A DNA stretch of 64,000 nt from an uncultured delta proteobacterium (lineage in GTDB: Bacteria > Myxococcota_A > Polyangia > Polyangiales > Polyangiaceae), in NCBI GenBank assembly GCA_963806225.1, contig CAWDXG010000001.1, forward strand, positions 736,001 through 800,000. Direction: 5' to 3'. The translations under genes were made by a program, and so were the position numbers. The stretch's first letter is position 1. Every line of letters starts with the position of its first letter. Under the pieces are notes generated by a model. The model was not told the origin of the DNA. It saw only the letters and a program-made list of their open reading frames with translations, and ran no database searches. Shown piece by piece: positions 39,584 to 50,977 of the stretch.

Positions 39584-42500
39584 GTGGATCCGCCGGTTAC
39601 CATCCCTGGTGTCGAGCTGCTCGAAGAGCTCGGCCGCGGCGGCAGCTCCGTCGTCTTTCGCGCCCGCCGCGGCGGAATCCCGTGCGCGGTGAAGCTCGCT
39701 TGCGGCTCGGACAAGGATTCGGTTTGGTTCCGTCGCGAAGCCGCTGCCCTCGCTCGCGTGCCCGACCGCGGCGTGCCGACGGTGCTCGAGGTCGGCGAAG
39801 TGCGCGGTACCGCCTATCTGGTGATGGAGCTGGTGGAGGGGGAGACGCTCGCGGCGCGCATGGCGCGGCGGAGCATGTCCGGATCCGAAGTGCTCGATGT
39901 CGGTCAAGGAGTAGCGCGGGTGCTCGACGCCATCCATCGCCGGGGTCTGGTGCACCGCGATCTTTCTCCGCGCAACATCGTGGTCGAGGAGGGCGGCGAG
40001 CTGCGGGTCGTCGACTTCGGGTTCGCCACCTTCACGCACTCGCCGCGCGACACGGGTGCGACCGAAGCCTACGCCGCGCCCGAACAGCGCCGGGTCCCTG
40101 TGCTGGTCGACGCGCGGACGGATCTGTACGCGTTGGGCGCCATCCTCTTCGAGTGTGCCACCGGCGCCCCGCCGGGTTGGCAGGCCTCGCAGGCGGTCGA
40201 GGAAGCGCGCTTCAGCGCTCCGCTCGCCACCCTGCTCGGCGGCTTGCTGGCGGCGGTGCCAGCGGAACGCTACCCGAGCGCAGCCGCCGTGCTGTCCGAC
40301 ATCGCGCGCGTCCACGCAGGAGCTGCACCATCGGGGCCGGTGCCCACCCGGCAGGGTGCGCCGGAGGCATTGCCGTTCGTGGGGTGCCTTGCAGAGCGGG
40401 CGGGGCTGCTGGGCGCCTGGTCGGAGGCGCGCGGCAGGCGCGGGCGCGCCGTGCTGATCATCGGGCCGATGGGGAGCGGCAAGAGCCGCCTGCTTCGCGA
40501 GGTGATGGGGGCGATCGATGCGGGGCCGGGTGGCGCCGGCATGGTGTACGTCCGCTGCGGCGATGCCGATCCACGACCGATGGCTGCGGTCCGCGCGATC
40601 TGCAATCGACTCGCCGACCGAATCGTCACGCTCGATCCGCGAGCGCGCGCCTCCGCGGAGGATGCCGTCCGGCGCGCCGCCGGGGGCGATCTGGCGCCGG
40701 TGCTGGGAGTCCTGTCGCCAGCGCTCGCCGGGCTGGGCGGCGTGACTCGAACAGCGCGACCGGACGTGAACGCCGAAGCCTTTGCCGCGCTCTCCGCGGA
40801 GCTCCTGGCGCGGCTTGCCCGAGAGCTCGGCGCGCTGGCGGTGATCGTGGACGACGCACAGTGGCTCGAGCCCGCGAGCGCGGAGGTCGTAGCGCGGCTG
40901 GCAGGCCGCGCTACACAGGGGTCGCTCCTGCTGGTCCTCGCCGCGCGCCGTGAGCCTTTCACCCGGGAGTCCAGAGTCATCCCGGGCGAGGGGCTGCTGA
41001 GAATCGATCTCGGGAAGTTCGCGGGCAGCGCGCTCGGGGCGCTGGTGGGAGGATATCTTGGACGCGAGCCCGACACGCAGCTTCTGGACTGGGTCTCCAA
41101 CATTTCGGACGGAACGCCGCTCGGCGTCGTCGAGCTGCTCGACGCCATGCTGGACGCAGGTGCGCTGGCGCCGCGAGACGGACAGTGGTGTTTCGACCGC
41201 GAGAGCGCCGAGCGGGTGTGTTTGCCCGGAGGCGCGCTCGAGCTCCTGTCGCGGCGTCTCGGCGAGCTTCCCGCCGCGACGCGCAGTGTGTTCCAGGCAG
41301 CGGCGGTCCTGGGTCTGTCGTTCGAGGACGCCCTGCTGGCCGAGGTGGCAGGTGTCGAGGCGGACGATCTCGGCTTCGCGCTGGCTCAAGCCCGCCGTGC
41401 CCGGCTGGTCGAGGCCGAGCCGCCGGGTCGCCACCGCTTCTTGCACGACAGCCTCCGCGAAGCGCTGCTTGCAGGGCTCGACGGCGAAGCGCGCCGCTCG
41501 ATCCACCAGGCTACCGCCGAGGCGCTCGATCGCTCCGGCAGCGGCGACATCTACGAGCTTGCCCGGCACCATGCGGCGGGCGAGCCTGGCCCGCGGCCCG
41601 CGCGGGTCTTCCAGGCCGCGCGGATCGCGGCGCACAAGGCGCTCGAGGAGCTCGACGGCGAGGCGGCGCTGCGCTTCTTCGAGGCGGCGCGCGCGGCGGC
41701 CGAGCGAGCCGGGATCGAGTTGGACGCGAGCCTGCTCGCTACCGCGGGCGAGGCGGCGCTGCACATCGGCGGGCACGCCGAGAGCATCGCGCACTTCGAG
41801 GCCGCCCTCGGCCGGAGCAGCGATCCGGTCGAGCGCGCGTCGCTGCTCGGGCGGATCGCCTGGGCCGAGCAGGCAAAGCCGGATCCCTATCGCGCCTGGG
41901 CCGCGCTCGAGCGCGCGTTCAGCGAGATCGGCGAGGAGATGCCGGCGGAGAAAGCGAAGACCATGGGCGAGGCGCTGCTCGCCGTCGGCCGCGCCGGGAT
42001 CGGCCGGCCCGCGGAGGCGGAGCGCTCCGCTCGCGTGCTCGAGCTACTGTGCCAGCTCCACTACCAGAATGCGCGGCTGGGCTACGAGTACGAAAAGCCG
42101 CTGCGCTTCCTGCAGAGCACCCTCCGGGGACAGGTAGCGGCGACCGCTGTCGGCCGCGGGCCGGCGGCGGCCCGCGGCGGGGTCGGGATCGCCCTGTGCA
42201 TCATGGGTTTCCGGCGGGCCGGATGGAACCACCTCCAGCGCGCCCGCGCGGAGGCCGCGCGGGCTGGAGACGCTCGAGGCGAGGCCTACTGCATGCAGCA
42301 CAGCGCCTTGGCCGCCTGTTTCAGCGGCGACTTCGATCGCGCCACCGAGCTATTCGGACAGGTCCTCGATCAGCGCGGCCCGTGGCTGGACGCGCATGAT
42401 TTCTAGCTGGACGTTCATACGGCCCACTTGCTCGAGGTGCTTCGCGGCCGCCCGCGCGAGGCCTGGCGCTGGCTGGAGCGCGCCATCGACCGAGCCGCGC

Positions 42501-44905
42501 CGCACGGCCGCGCGCCCGCCGCCTTTGTGATGGTCGCGCATTGTGCGCGAGCCACCCTGGCCGCGCTCGACCGAGCCGGCTCGGTGGAATTGCACCGAGC
42601 CCTGGGCCTTCCCGTGGATCTCGATCTGCCCTTGAAAGGTTTCATGCGGACGGGCTCGTGGGGCTCCCGAGCGAGGTATCTCGTCGAAACGGGCGCCATC
42701 GGCGACGAGCTCGACGCGCTTGTCGCCGAGTTCCGGGCCGAGGGCATCCATGCTCGCCGTGCGCACCCGATCCTCGTCGAGTACTACATCGCCGTTGCGG
42801 AGGCGTACCTCCTGCGCTGCCTGAGGGCCACGCCCGCCGACCGCCCGCAACACGTCGCGGAGCTCCGGCAAGCCGTGCAGGACCTCGAGGCCGTGGCGCG
42901 CTATCCGCTCTACCGCGCGCACCTCCGTCTCGCAGAGGGATTCCTGGCCTGGTTCGAGGGCTCGCCCGCTCGGGCGCGGAACAAGCTCGTACAGGCCGAG
43001 GAGCTCGCCGATCGCACGAACTGCCCGGCAGTTCTGTTCGGCGTCGCCCGGGCGCATGCGCACATCCTGAAGTCCGAGGGCCGTGCGGAAGCTTCGCGTG
43101 AGCGCGCGCGCATGGCGCTGGCGATCGCCCACGGCCTGGGAGCTGTCCCGCGCGCGCGCTGGATCCTCGACGAGCTCGGCGGCTCGTTGTCCGCCGCCGA
43201 CACCTCGCTCCGGTCCCCTCCCGTCAGGTCTTCATCGAGCAACAGACACCAGCTGCGGGCGTTGCTCAAGCTGTTCAGGGTCTGCAACGGCGAGCTCGCC
43301 GACGACGTGCAGGCGCGCCTGCTCGTCGACGAGCTGCTCGAGAGCGTGTCGGCCGAGCGCGGCCTGCTCGCGTTCGAGCCAAGCGGGCAGGGTCGCAGCG
43401 TCCGCGTGGCACGCCAGCCCGGCGGACAGGATTGGGGCGGAACGCCCGAAGCGCACGCGCTGGTCGACGAAGTGCGGAAGTGCGCCGAGCCCCGAGCGCG
43501 CGATGCCGTGGTCGCCGCGAACGGTTCCTCCGGTGAGGTGACGCGCGCTGTCGCCGTTCCCCTCTTCCTGAACGACGCAGTCGTCGGCGCAGTGTACCTG
43601 GAGCGTACCCGGACTCCGTTCGCCGAGCCGGAGATGGACATCCTGCTCGCACTCTCCTATCAGGTCCCGGTTGCGCTCGAGCTGGCGCGAGCCCTGGCCG
43701 AGCGCGAAGCGCTGGAGCAGAGCCTGAGACGCGTGCAGAAGATGGAAGCGGTGGGGCGTTTCGCGGGCGGCATCGCGCACGACTTCAACAACATGCTGAC
43801 GGCGATGGAGAGTTCTCTGTCGATCGCCATGTCGGATGAGGCGCTCCGCGCGGAGTCGCAGTCGGAGCTCGCTATCGTGCACGGCGCAGTGCGCAGGGCG
43901 TCGGACCTCACGCGCCAGCTACTGAACTTCGCGCGGCGCCAGGTTCCGGCTTCGCACACGCACGACCTGCACGAGGTGCTCGAGCAACTCGGGCCGATGC
44001 TGCAGCGATTGCTCGGAGCCAGGATCGAGGTAAGCGTCGATCCTGCTGCAACGCGAGCGCACTGTCGGCTCGACCGCTCGCTGTTCGAACAGGCGATCGT
44101 GAACCTCGCGCTGAACGCGAGGGACGCGATGCCGGACGGGGGCCGTCTCGCGATCGCGACCGAGGACATTTCGTTCGATGAAACCCCGGAGGAGCCTCCG
44201 CCCGGGCTGGCTCGCCGGACGTACGTGGTGGTCACCGTTAGTGACAGCGGCGCGGGGATGGCGCCGGAGGTACGCGACGGCGCATTCGACCCGTTCTTCA
44301 CGACCAAGAAGGTCGGCCAGGGTACCGGGCTCGGCCTGTCCACCGTGTACGGGTTCGTCCAGCAGAGCAACGGGGTGATCGAGCTCGACAGCGAGCCCGG
44401 TCAGGGCACGACGTTCCGCATCTATCTGCCTCGTTCGAACGATCCCCCTGTCCGAGCTGGGAGCGCGCCGGGAGCAGCCGATGCTCCGACTTCCTCTCCA
44501 AGGCGCGTCGCCACCGAAACCGTACTGCTCGTCGAAGACGAGGCTCTCGTGCGCAAGTCCCTGCGTCGCCTCCTGGAGCGGGCGGGCTACCAGGTGCTCG
44601 ACGCGCCGGACGCCGAAGCCGCGCTGGAGCTGGCTCGAAGCCGCGGAGCCGAGTTCGATGTCGTGCTTTCCGACGTGCTCCTGCCCGGAATGCTGGGAAC
44701 AGAGCTTGCGAAACGGCTCAGGGAGATCGTTCCCGGGGCGAAGATCCTTCTGATGTCCGGCTACACGGACGGCAAGCTCGAAGGCTCGCTGGACGATCTC
44801 GGCGCAGGCTTCCTCTCCAAACCCTTTACGCCCAAGCAGCTCGACAACGCCATACGCGATCTGATGGGGCGCACCGAGCCCCGCAAGCACGAAGGCGCGG
44901 GCTGA
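39584..44905 (+). CDS. Hybrid Ser/Thr kinase, AAA ATPase, GAF, histidine kinase, receiver protein; in-frame TAG at 42404-42406
   Basis: HRDLSPRN/DFG; GPMGSGKS; DDAQW; GGIAHDFNN; NLALNARDAM; FTTK..GTGLGL; C-terminal receiver. The two ORFs are in the same frame, separated by one stop. Confidence 0.88.
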
Positions 44906-44924
44906 GCCCCCGTCGCGCAGCTAC

Positions 44925-46595
44925 CTACGCGGCCGAGGCGGCGTGAGCACCGGCCCGCGGAGTCACTGCCCGCGGACCGCCCGCGTTGACCGATGCCACG
45001 AAGCCCGCGAGACGCTTCGAACCGCCGAGGATCAAGTTCTCCAGCATGGCGTCCTTGAATCGCGCGGGCGGCAGACCGCCCATCAGGGCGATCATGTACG
45101 ACGCGTCGTCGATGTTCGTGGAGATCCTCTCGCGCTCGAGGCGCGCGATGAAATCCCCGCACTGGGCGAAGAGCTCGTCGGCGCTGCGCCCACCCAGCGA
45201 GAAGCCGGGATGCGGCGCCAGATCGCGAGGCAGGAGGAAGTCCTGATCCCAATCCAGCAATCGTGTCACGTAGCCCGCTTCATCGATGCCGTTCTCGATC
45301 TCGAAGCCGTAGACGCTCCGGTTGTTCCACCACTGGCTGGCGGGCGTGAGGAACGACGGCATGACCATCACGGAACCATGGCGATGCTCCGAAAAAGCGT
45401 CGCATAGCAGATCGAAGGTGCGCGCCTCCGACTCCGGGCTCTCGAACGGTGCCGGAATGATTACCGAAACGCAGGCAAAGATGCCGTTGCGCATGGCCGA
45501 GCGGATTGTCTCGACGACGTGCTCGCGCGGACCGTTGTTTTTGTTGTGCGCGCGCCGGAGCAGGTCGGGGTCGCCCGACTCGACTCCGAAGAACAGGCCC
45601 GAGAGGCCGGAGGCAGCGAGGCGCGGCATGTCGGCCGGGCGGACGTTGTTGAGCGAGGCGTAGGCCGAGTAGCGGAACGGCAGCTGGCGTTCGGTGATGC
45701 AGTCGGCGATGCGGTTCAGGTACTTCCACGGCGGATTCGAGCCTGAAAGGCGGAAGAAGCGCACTCCGTCGCTCCGGTACGCGAGCTCCATCTCGTCGAC
45801 GACCCGCTCGGGCTGTTTCGTGCGGGTGACGCCGCTGAGACGCGGATGGGCGCAGAACGCGCAGCGGTTGAAGCAGCCCCGGGACTCGTCGATGACGCGA
45901 GTCGCAAAGAAGCTGTCCAGGTTCGGATATGCTTCTCGGGAATAGTCTGGGAACGGAAGCTGGTTCAGATCGGAGTTGTAGGTCGTGCTGCCGTCACGCC
46001 GGATCCGGCGATTGAAGCGCAAGAGCTCGCCGCGCGCGGTCCCGCGCGCGATCGCCAGGATTGCCGCTTCACCGTCGCCGCTCACCAGGTGGTCGAAGAT
46101 GCGTGTGCGGTGAAGCAGATAGTCCTCGCAATAGGCGACCATGGGGCCGCCCGCTGCCAGCGCCACGTGCGGAAACGCCTCCCGCACCGCCGCCGCCATG
46201 CGCAGGTTCGCCGGGAAGCCGCTGCCGGACCACAGCTTGAAGCCGACCACCGTCGCGCGCTCGCGCTCGACGGTGTGGAGCAGGCGCTCGGTAGCGAGCT
46301 GCTCGAAGTGGCGTTGCGCGTCAAGTCGGCGGTCGCGGTAGGGGAGGTACACGCCCGCGTCGACGGCGCGCCCGGCCGAGAGCCGCTCGAGCACGCGCGC
46401 CGCGTGTTCGGTGCCCGCGCGATCGCCGATCGAGCCGATGTCGGCGGGATTCATGAAATCGAGGATGCGTACCCCGATGCCTTCCGCGCCCAGCACGCCG
46501 GCCAGAGTGGCCAGAGAATTGTCCGGGACGAAGGTATTGGCAGTGAGGACGTAGCCGGCATAGTTGACGAGCAGCACAGAGGGAGAAGCAGTCAC
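44925..46595 (-). CDS. B12-binding domain radical SAM protein
   Basis: SRGCFNRCAFC (CxxxCxxC); upstream VGF...AGGP...GDGE cobalamin-binding-like region; GVESG motif. Confidence 0.88.
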   Translation of the reverse strand: MTASPSVLLVNYAGYVLTANTFVPDNSLATLAGVLGAEGIGVRILDFMNPADIGSIGDRAGTEHAARVLERLSAGRAVDAGVYLPYRDRRLDAQRHFEQLATERLLHTVERERATVVGFKLWSGSGFPANLRMAAAVREAFPHVALAAGGPMVAYCEDYLLHRTRIFDHLVSGDGEAAILAIARGTARGELLRFNRRIRRDGSTTYNSDLNQLPFPDYSREAYPNLDSFFATRVIDESRGCFNRCAFCAHPRLSGVTRTKQPERVVDEMELAYRSDGVRFFRLSGSNPPWKYLNRIADCITERQLPFRYSAYASLNNVRPADMPRLAASGLSGLFFGVESGDPDLLRRAHNKNNGPREHVVETIRSAMRNGIFACVSVIIPAPFESPESEARTFDLLCDAFSEHRHGSVMVMPSFLTPASQWWNNRSVYGFEIENGIDEAGYVTRLLDWDQDFLLPRDLAPHPGFSLGGRSADELFAQCGDFIARLERERISTNIDDASYMIALMGGLPPARFKDAMLENLILGGSKRLAGFVASVNAGGPRAVTPRAGAHAASAA

Positions 46596-46717
46596 ACCAG
46601 GCGGGCTACACGCAGCCTGTCTGTGGGGCCAAGTCCGGAGCCGATGTTCCGGCGGCGGCGGTGACCAACGTCATCTCGAACGCACGCGCTCTCCGCGGGC
46701 GATCGGCAGCGGCGCTA

Positions 46718-48091
46718 CTAGCGCGGCTTGCGGCGGATCACGCCGGGCGGGTCCGGGCGCCGTTCGTTCCCGGCGGGCTTCGGAGCAGCGGGCTTCGGCG
46801 CGTCCTGTGGAGCGGGCCGTGGCTCTGGCGCCGGCTTCTGGGGTGCCGCTGCTTCGGGGGCGGCGGCGCGGGCGGGCTCGGGCGGCGCTGCGGGCGGGTC
46901 GGCGCGCTTCGGCGGCTCGGGCGGCGGCTCGGGCAGGCCGAGCTTCCTGCGCAGCACGTCCCCGAGGCTGCCGAGGCTGCCGCTTCCGCCGCTCGAGAAA
47001 TCGCGGAAATTCCGCCGCTCCTCGACGCTTGCCACGCTGCGGGCGCTGAAGCGCAGCTTGCCGTTGTCCGGGTCACGGCTGAGCAGCACGACCTGGACCT
47101 GGGTGCCGACGGGCAGCGCCTTCCTGTGGTCGTTGCCGTGCGGCAGGCCGAGCTCGCGGATGGGCACCAGGCCTTCGCCAATCTTCGTGTCCACGAACAC
47201 GCCGAAGTTCGCGAGCCGCGTCACCGTCGCTTCCAGCACCTCGTCCTTGGCCGGCAGCTCGTGCTCGGCCGGTTGGGCCAGCGCCTTCATCGATAGCCGC
47301 ACCCGTGTCCCGCCCTTGTGGTTCTCCTCGACGGCGAGCACGCGCACCCTGACCGTTTCGCCCTCGCGCACGATGTCCTCGACGCGCTCCACGCGGTGCG
47401 GCGAAAGCTCCGAGATGTGGACGAAGCCCTCCACGCCGCCGAGATCGATGACGGCGCCGTGCTTCTGCGTCGAGTGCACCACGCCTTCGAGGTCGCTGCC
47501 CGGCGTCAGGACGCCGCTCATCTCCTCGAGCTTCTGGCGGCGCTCATCCTCGAGCAGCGCGCGGCGCGACAGCACAATCGAGCGCCCGCCGTCGCGCACT
47601 TCCAGCACCCTGAACTCGAGCGTCTGCCCCTCGTAGCTCGTGAGGTCGGCGACGTAGCCAAGCTCGACCTGCGAAGCCGGGCAGAACGCGCGGAGCGACC
47701 CCAGCTCGACCTCCAGCCCGGCCTTGACCGCCTTCGACACGCGGCCCTCCACGGGCGTGCCGCTCTCGAGGGCCATCGCAAGCTCCGCGCCTGCGAGCGC
47801 ACCGCCGTGTCCCATCGACGTGGCGAGTACCGGTGCGTCCGGCGACGGATCGACAACGGTGGCCCGCACGCGGTCGCCCACAGAAAGCCGCAGCTTGCCC
47901 TCGCGGTCCTCGAAGCTGCTCCGATCCATGCGCGCGTCCGCGGGCGTGCCGATGTCCACGAATACGCTGTCGGGGCCAATCTGGATCACGGTCCCTTCCA
48001 CAACGTCGCCGGATGACAAGCGCTTGCGCGCGCGACTGGTGTCGCTCTTGAGCGAGTCCTCCATCAACGAGGCGAAGTCGTCCTTGGGCAT
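46718..48091 (-). CDS. S1 RNA-binding domain protein (short RpsA-like paralogue)
   Basis: Four S1-like repeats (AFCPASQ, GFVHISEL, FGVFV); Pro/Ala-rich tail. Confidence 0.85.
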   Translation of the reverse strand: MPKDDFASLMEDSLKSDTSRARKRLSSGDVVEGTVIQIGPDSVFVDIGTPADARMDRSSFEDREGKLRLSVGDRVRATVVDPSPDAPVLATSMGHGGALAGAELAMALESGTPVEGRVSKAVKAGLEVELGSLRAFCPASQVELGYVADLTSYEGQTLEFRVLEVRDGGRSIVLSRRALLEDERRQKLEEMSGVLTPGSDLEGVVHSTQKHGAVIDLGGVEGFVHISELSPHRVERVEDIVREGETVRVRVLAVEENHKGGTRVRLSMKALAQPAEHELPAKDEVLEATVTRLANFGVFVDTKIGEGLVPIRELGLPHGNDHRKALPVGTQVQVVLLSRDPDNGKLRFSARSVASVEERRNFRDFSSGGSGSLGSLGDVLRRKLGLPEPPPEPPKRADPPAAPPEPARAAAPEAAAPQKPAPEPRPAPQDAPKPAAPKPAGNERRPDPPGVIRRKPR

Positions 48092-48162
48092 GGGGCCGGA
48101 GCATGCCACCGGGAGGCGCCCACACAAGCGAATTGCGCGCTCGAACGACGTGGGCCGCCTGC

Positions 48163-50444
48163 TCAGCCCCCGGAACTCTCACGCTGGCGCTGTTCGGTGC
48201 GGATGGCGCGCATCACGGTAATGGCGGTCATGTGGACGATGGAGTCGACCTTGGCGCTCTGCTGGAGCACGTTCACGGGCTTCTCCATTCCGAGTACGAT
48301 AGGTCCGATCACCTCTGCGCCGCCGGCCGCCGCGAGCAGCTTGTAGGCTGCGTTGCCCGCGTCGAGATTCGGGAAATATCAGCACGTTGGCCGGGCCTTT
48401 CAGCGTGGTGAAGGGGTAGGGGGCGCGCGCTTCCTCGTCGAGCGCGACGTTGGCCTGCATCTCGCCGTCGATCGTCAGGTCCGGACGGCGCTCCTTCACC
48501 AGCGCCGTGGCGCGCGACACCTTGAGCGACTGCGGGTGCGGAGCGTCGCCGAAGTTGGAGAAGGAGAGCATCGCGATGCGGGGCTCGATGCCCAGCTCGT
48601 TGACGATGTCGGCGGCGAGGATAGCCGTCTCGGCGAGCGTCTCGGCGTCGGGGTCGATGTTGACGGTGGTGTCCGCGAGGAACTTCACGTCACGTTTTGT
48701 CACGACCATGTACATGCCCGCGGCGTGTTTGACGCCGCGGCGCACGCCGATGATCTGCAGCGCTGGGCGTATCGTGGCCGGGTAGTCCTGCTGCTCGCCG
48801 GCGACCAGGCCGTCGGCGTCGCCCTGGTCGAGCATCATCAGACCGAAGGCCGTCCGTGTCCGTCTGCAGCGTCTTGACTGCGTCGTGGCGCTTGACGCCT
48901 TTGCGCTGCCGCTTCGCGAAGTAGGCGTCCACGTAGCGCTCGAAGCGTTCGTCATTGCGCGGGTCGACCAGCGTGACTCCACAAAGATCCAGCCCCAGCT
49001 CCGCGGCGCGTCTCTCGATCCGGTCGGGCGGACCGAGCAGGATGGGCTCGGCGATGCCCGCTTCCACCACGCGTTGCGCGGCGCGCAGCACGTTGTCCGC
49101 CTCGCTCTCCGGGAAGACGATGCGGCGCGGGTTCGCCTTGGCCGTCTCGGTGATGTTCCACAGCACGCGCCGCGTGGGCGAGATGGTGCGGTAGAGCCGC
49201 TGGCTGTAGCCTTCGACGTCGCAGTCCTCGCGCGCGACGCCGCTCTCGAGCGCCGCCCGCGCCACAGCGGGAGCCACCCAGTACAGCACGCGTGAGTCGA
49301 ACGGTTTGGGGATGATGTAGTTCTTCCCGAAGCGCAAGCTCTGCCGGCCGTAGGCGCGCAGCACGTCGTCGGGTACGTCCTCGCGGGCCAGGGCCGCCAG
49401 CGCGCCCACCGCGGCGACCTTCATTTCCTCGTTGATGGTCGTGGCGCGCACGTCGAGCGCGCCGCGGAAGATGTACGGAAACCCGAGGACGTTGTTGACC
49501 TGGTTCGGGAAGTCACTGCGCCCGGTGGCTACGATGGCGTCGGGACGCGCCTTCTGCGCTTCGTCGTACGGGATCTCCGGATCCGGATTGGCCAGCGCGA
49601 AGATGAGGGGCCGCTCGGCCATCGTCCGGAGCATTGCGGGCGTCACGATGCCGCCCGCCGACAGGCCGATCATCACGTCCGCGTTTTCCAGTGCATCGGC
49701 CAGCGTGCGGCGCCGTTCGCCGGCCGGTCGCGCGAACGCGCCGCGGAACTCGTCGATGTCGCCGCGACCCTCGTACAGGACGCCGTCGACATCGACCATC
49801 GTGATGTTCTCGCGCCGGACCCCGACCCGCACCCACATCTCCATGCACGCCGTGGCGGCGGCTCCAGCGCCGATGCAGGTCACGGAGAGCGAGTCGAGCG
49901 GCCTTTCCTGGAGCTCTGCCGCGTTCTTCAGCGCCGCGGCCGAGATGATGGCGGTGCCGTGCTGATCGTCGTGGAAGACGGGAATATTCATCCGCTCGCG
50001 CAGCGCGCGCTCGATCACGAAGCAGTCCGGCGCCTTGATGTCCTCGAGGTTGATGCCTCCGAAGGTCGGCTCGAGAGCGTGGACGACGTCGATGAAGCGC
50101 TCGGGATCGGTTGCGTCCACTTCGATGTCGAACACGTCGATGTCGGCGAAGCGCTTGAACAGGACGGCCTTGCCCTCCATCACGGGTTTTGCGGCGCGCG
50201 GTCCGATGTCGCCCAGCCCGAGCACGGCCGTGCCGTTGGTCACCACCGCGACCAGATTGCGCCGGGCGGTGTACAGGTCCACGGCGTCGGCGTCGCGCTG
50301 GATTTCGAGGCAGGGTTCGGCCACGCCGGGTGAATAGGCGAGCGAGAGATCGAGCTGCGAGGCGACCGGCTTGGTTGGAACGACCTCGATCTTTCCCGGG
50401 CGGCCGTTCCGGTGGTAGGCGAGGGCGTCGTCGCGTCGGCTCAT
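48163..50444 (-). CDS. maeB: NADP-dependent malic enzyme with phosphotransacetylase-like domain (two +1 frameshifts)
   Basis: [35 protein letters not shown], and FPNLDAGN after correction; shifts near 48858 and 48372. Confidence 0.92.
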
Positions 50445-50546
50445 GTTCCCTGCATCCTACCCCGACCGCACCGTAGGGCGTGCATTCCGGCTTCTCGCAC
50501 ACGATTGCGCGTGCTTCCGGATGAACCCATGTTGTCCCGAGAGGCG

Positions 50547-50894
50547 ATGAAGCGTTCGACTCCCATGAAAGCGGCTCTGGTCGCCTTGGCTCTGTTCGTC
50601 GTGCCGGCTCTGGTGAGCCCGGCGGCCGCGGAGGACGGGAGCGCGAAGCAGCCCGACGCTCCGGCCTGCGTACAGTGGCGTACCGAGGTGCGCTACGCGA
50701 ACTACGGCTACGACCATTGGGTCATCATCCACAATGGCTGCGAGCGCAGAGCGGTCTGTGTTGTCTCCACGGACGTCAATCCGCGGCCGATCCACGTGGC
50801 CGTTCCGGCGGGCAGGACGAAGCAGGTCTTGACCTTCCGGGGCTCGCCGGCCCGCGAGTTCAGGGCCCATGTGGTCTGCCGGCTCCACGGCTGA
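50547..50894 (+). CDS. Hypothetical secreted protein
   Basis: Signal peptide; four Cys; GYDHWV and TFRGSPAREF motifs. Confidence 0.7.
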   Translation: MKRSTPMKAALVALALFVVPALVSPAAAEDGSAKQPDAPACVQWRTEVRYANYGYDHWVIIHNGCERRAVCVVSTDVNPRPIHVAVPAGRTKQVLTFRGSPAREFRAHVVCRLHG

Positions 50895-50977
50895 GCAGCG
50901 GGATCCCTCGCTTCGGCCGGCCGGTGTGGCGATAGCGGCGCTGCCGTACTAGCGTCCCCCGCAGCGTTTTCCCGCTC

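Noticed and set aside
42404..42406. Pyrrolysine recoding of the amber codon
   Set aside because: No pyl genes in the window, TAG is used as a normal stop by many neighbouring genes, and the protein type gives no reason for it.
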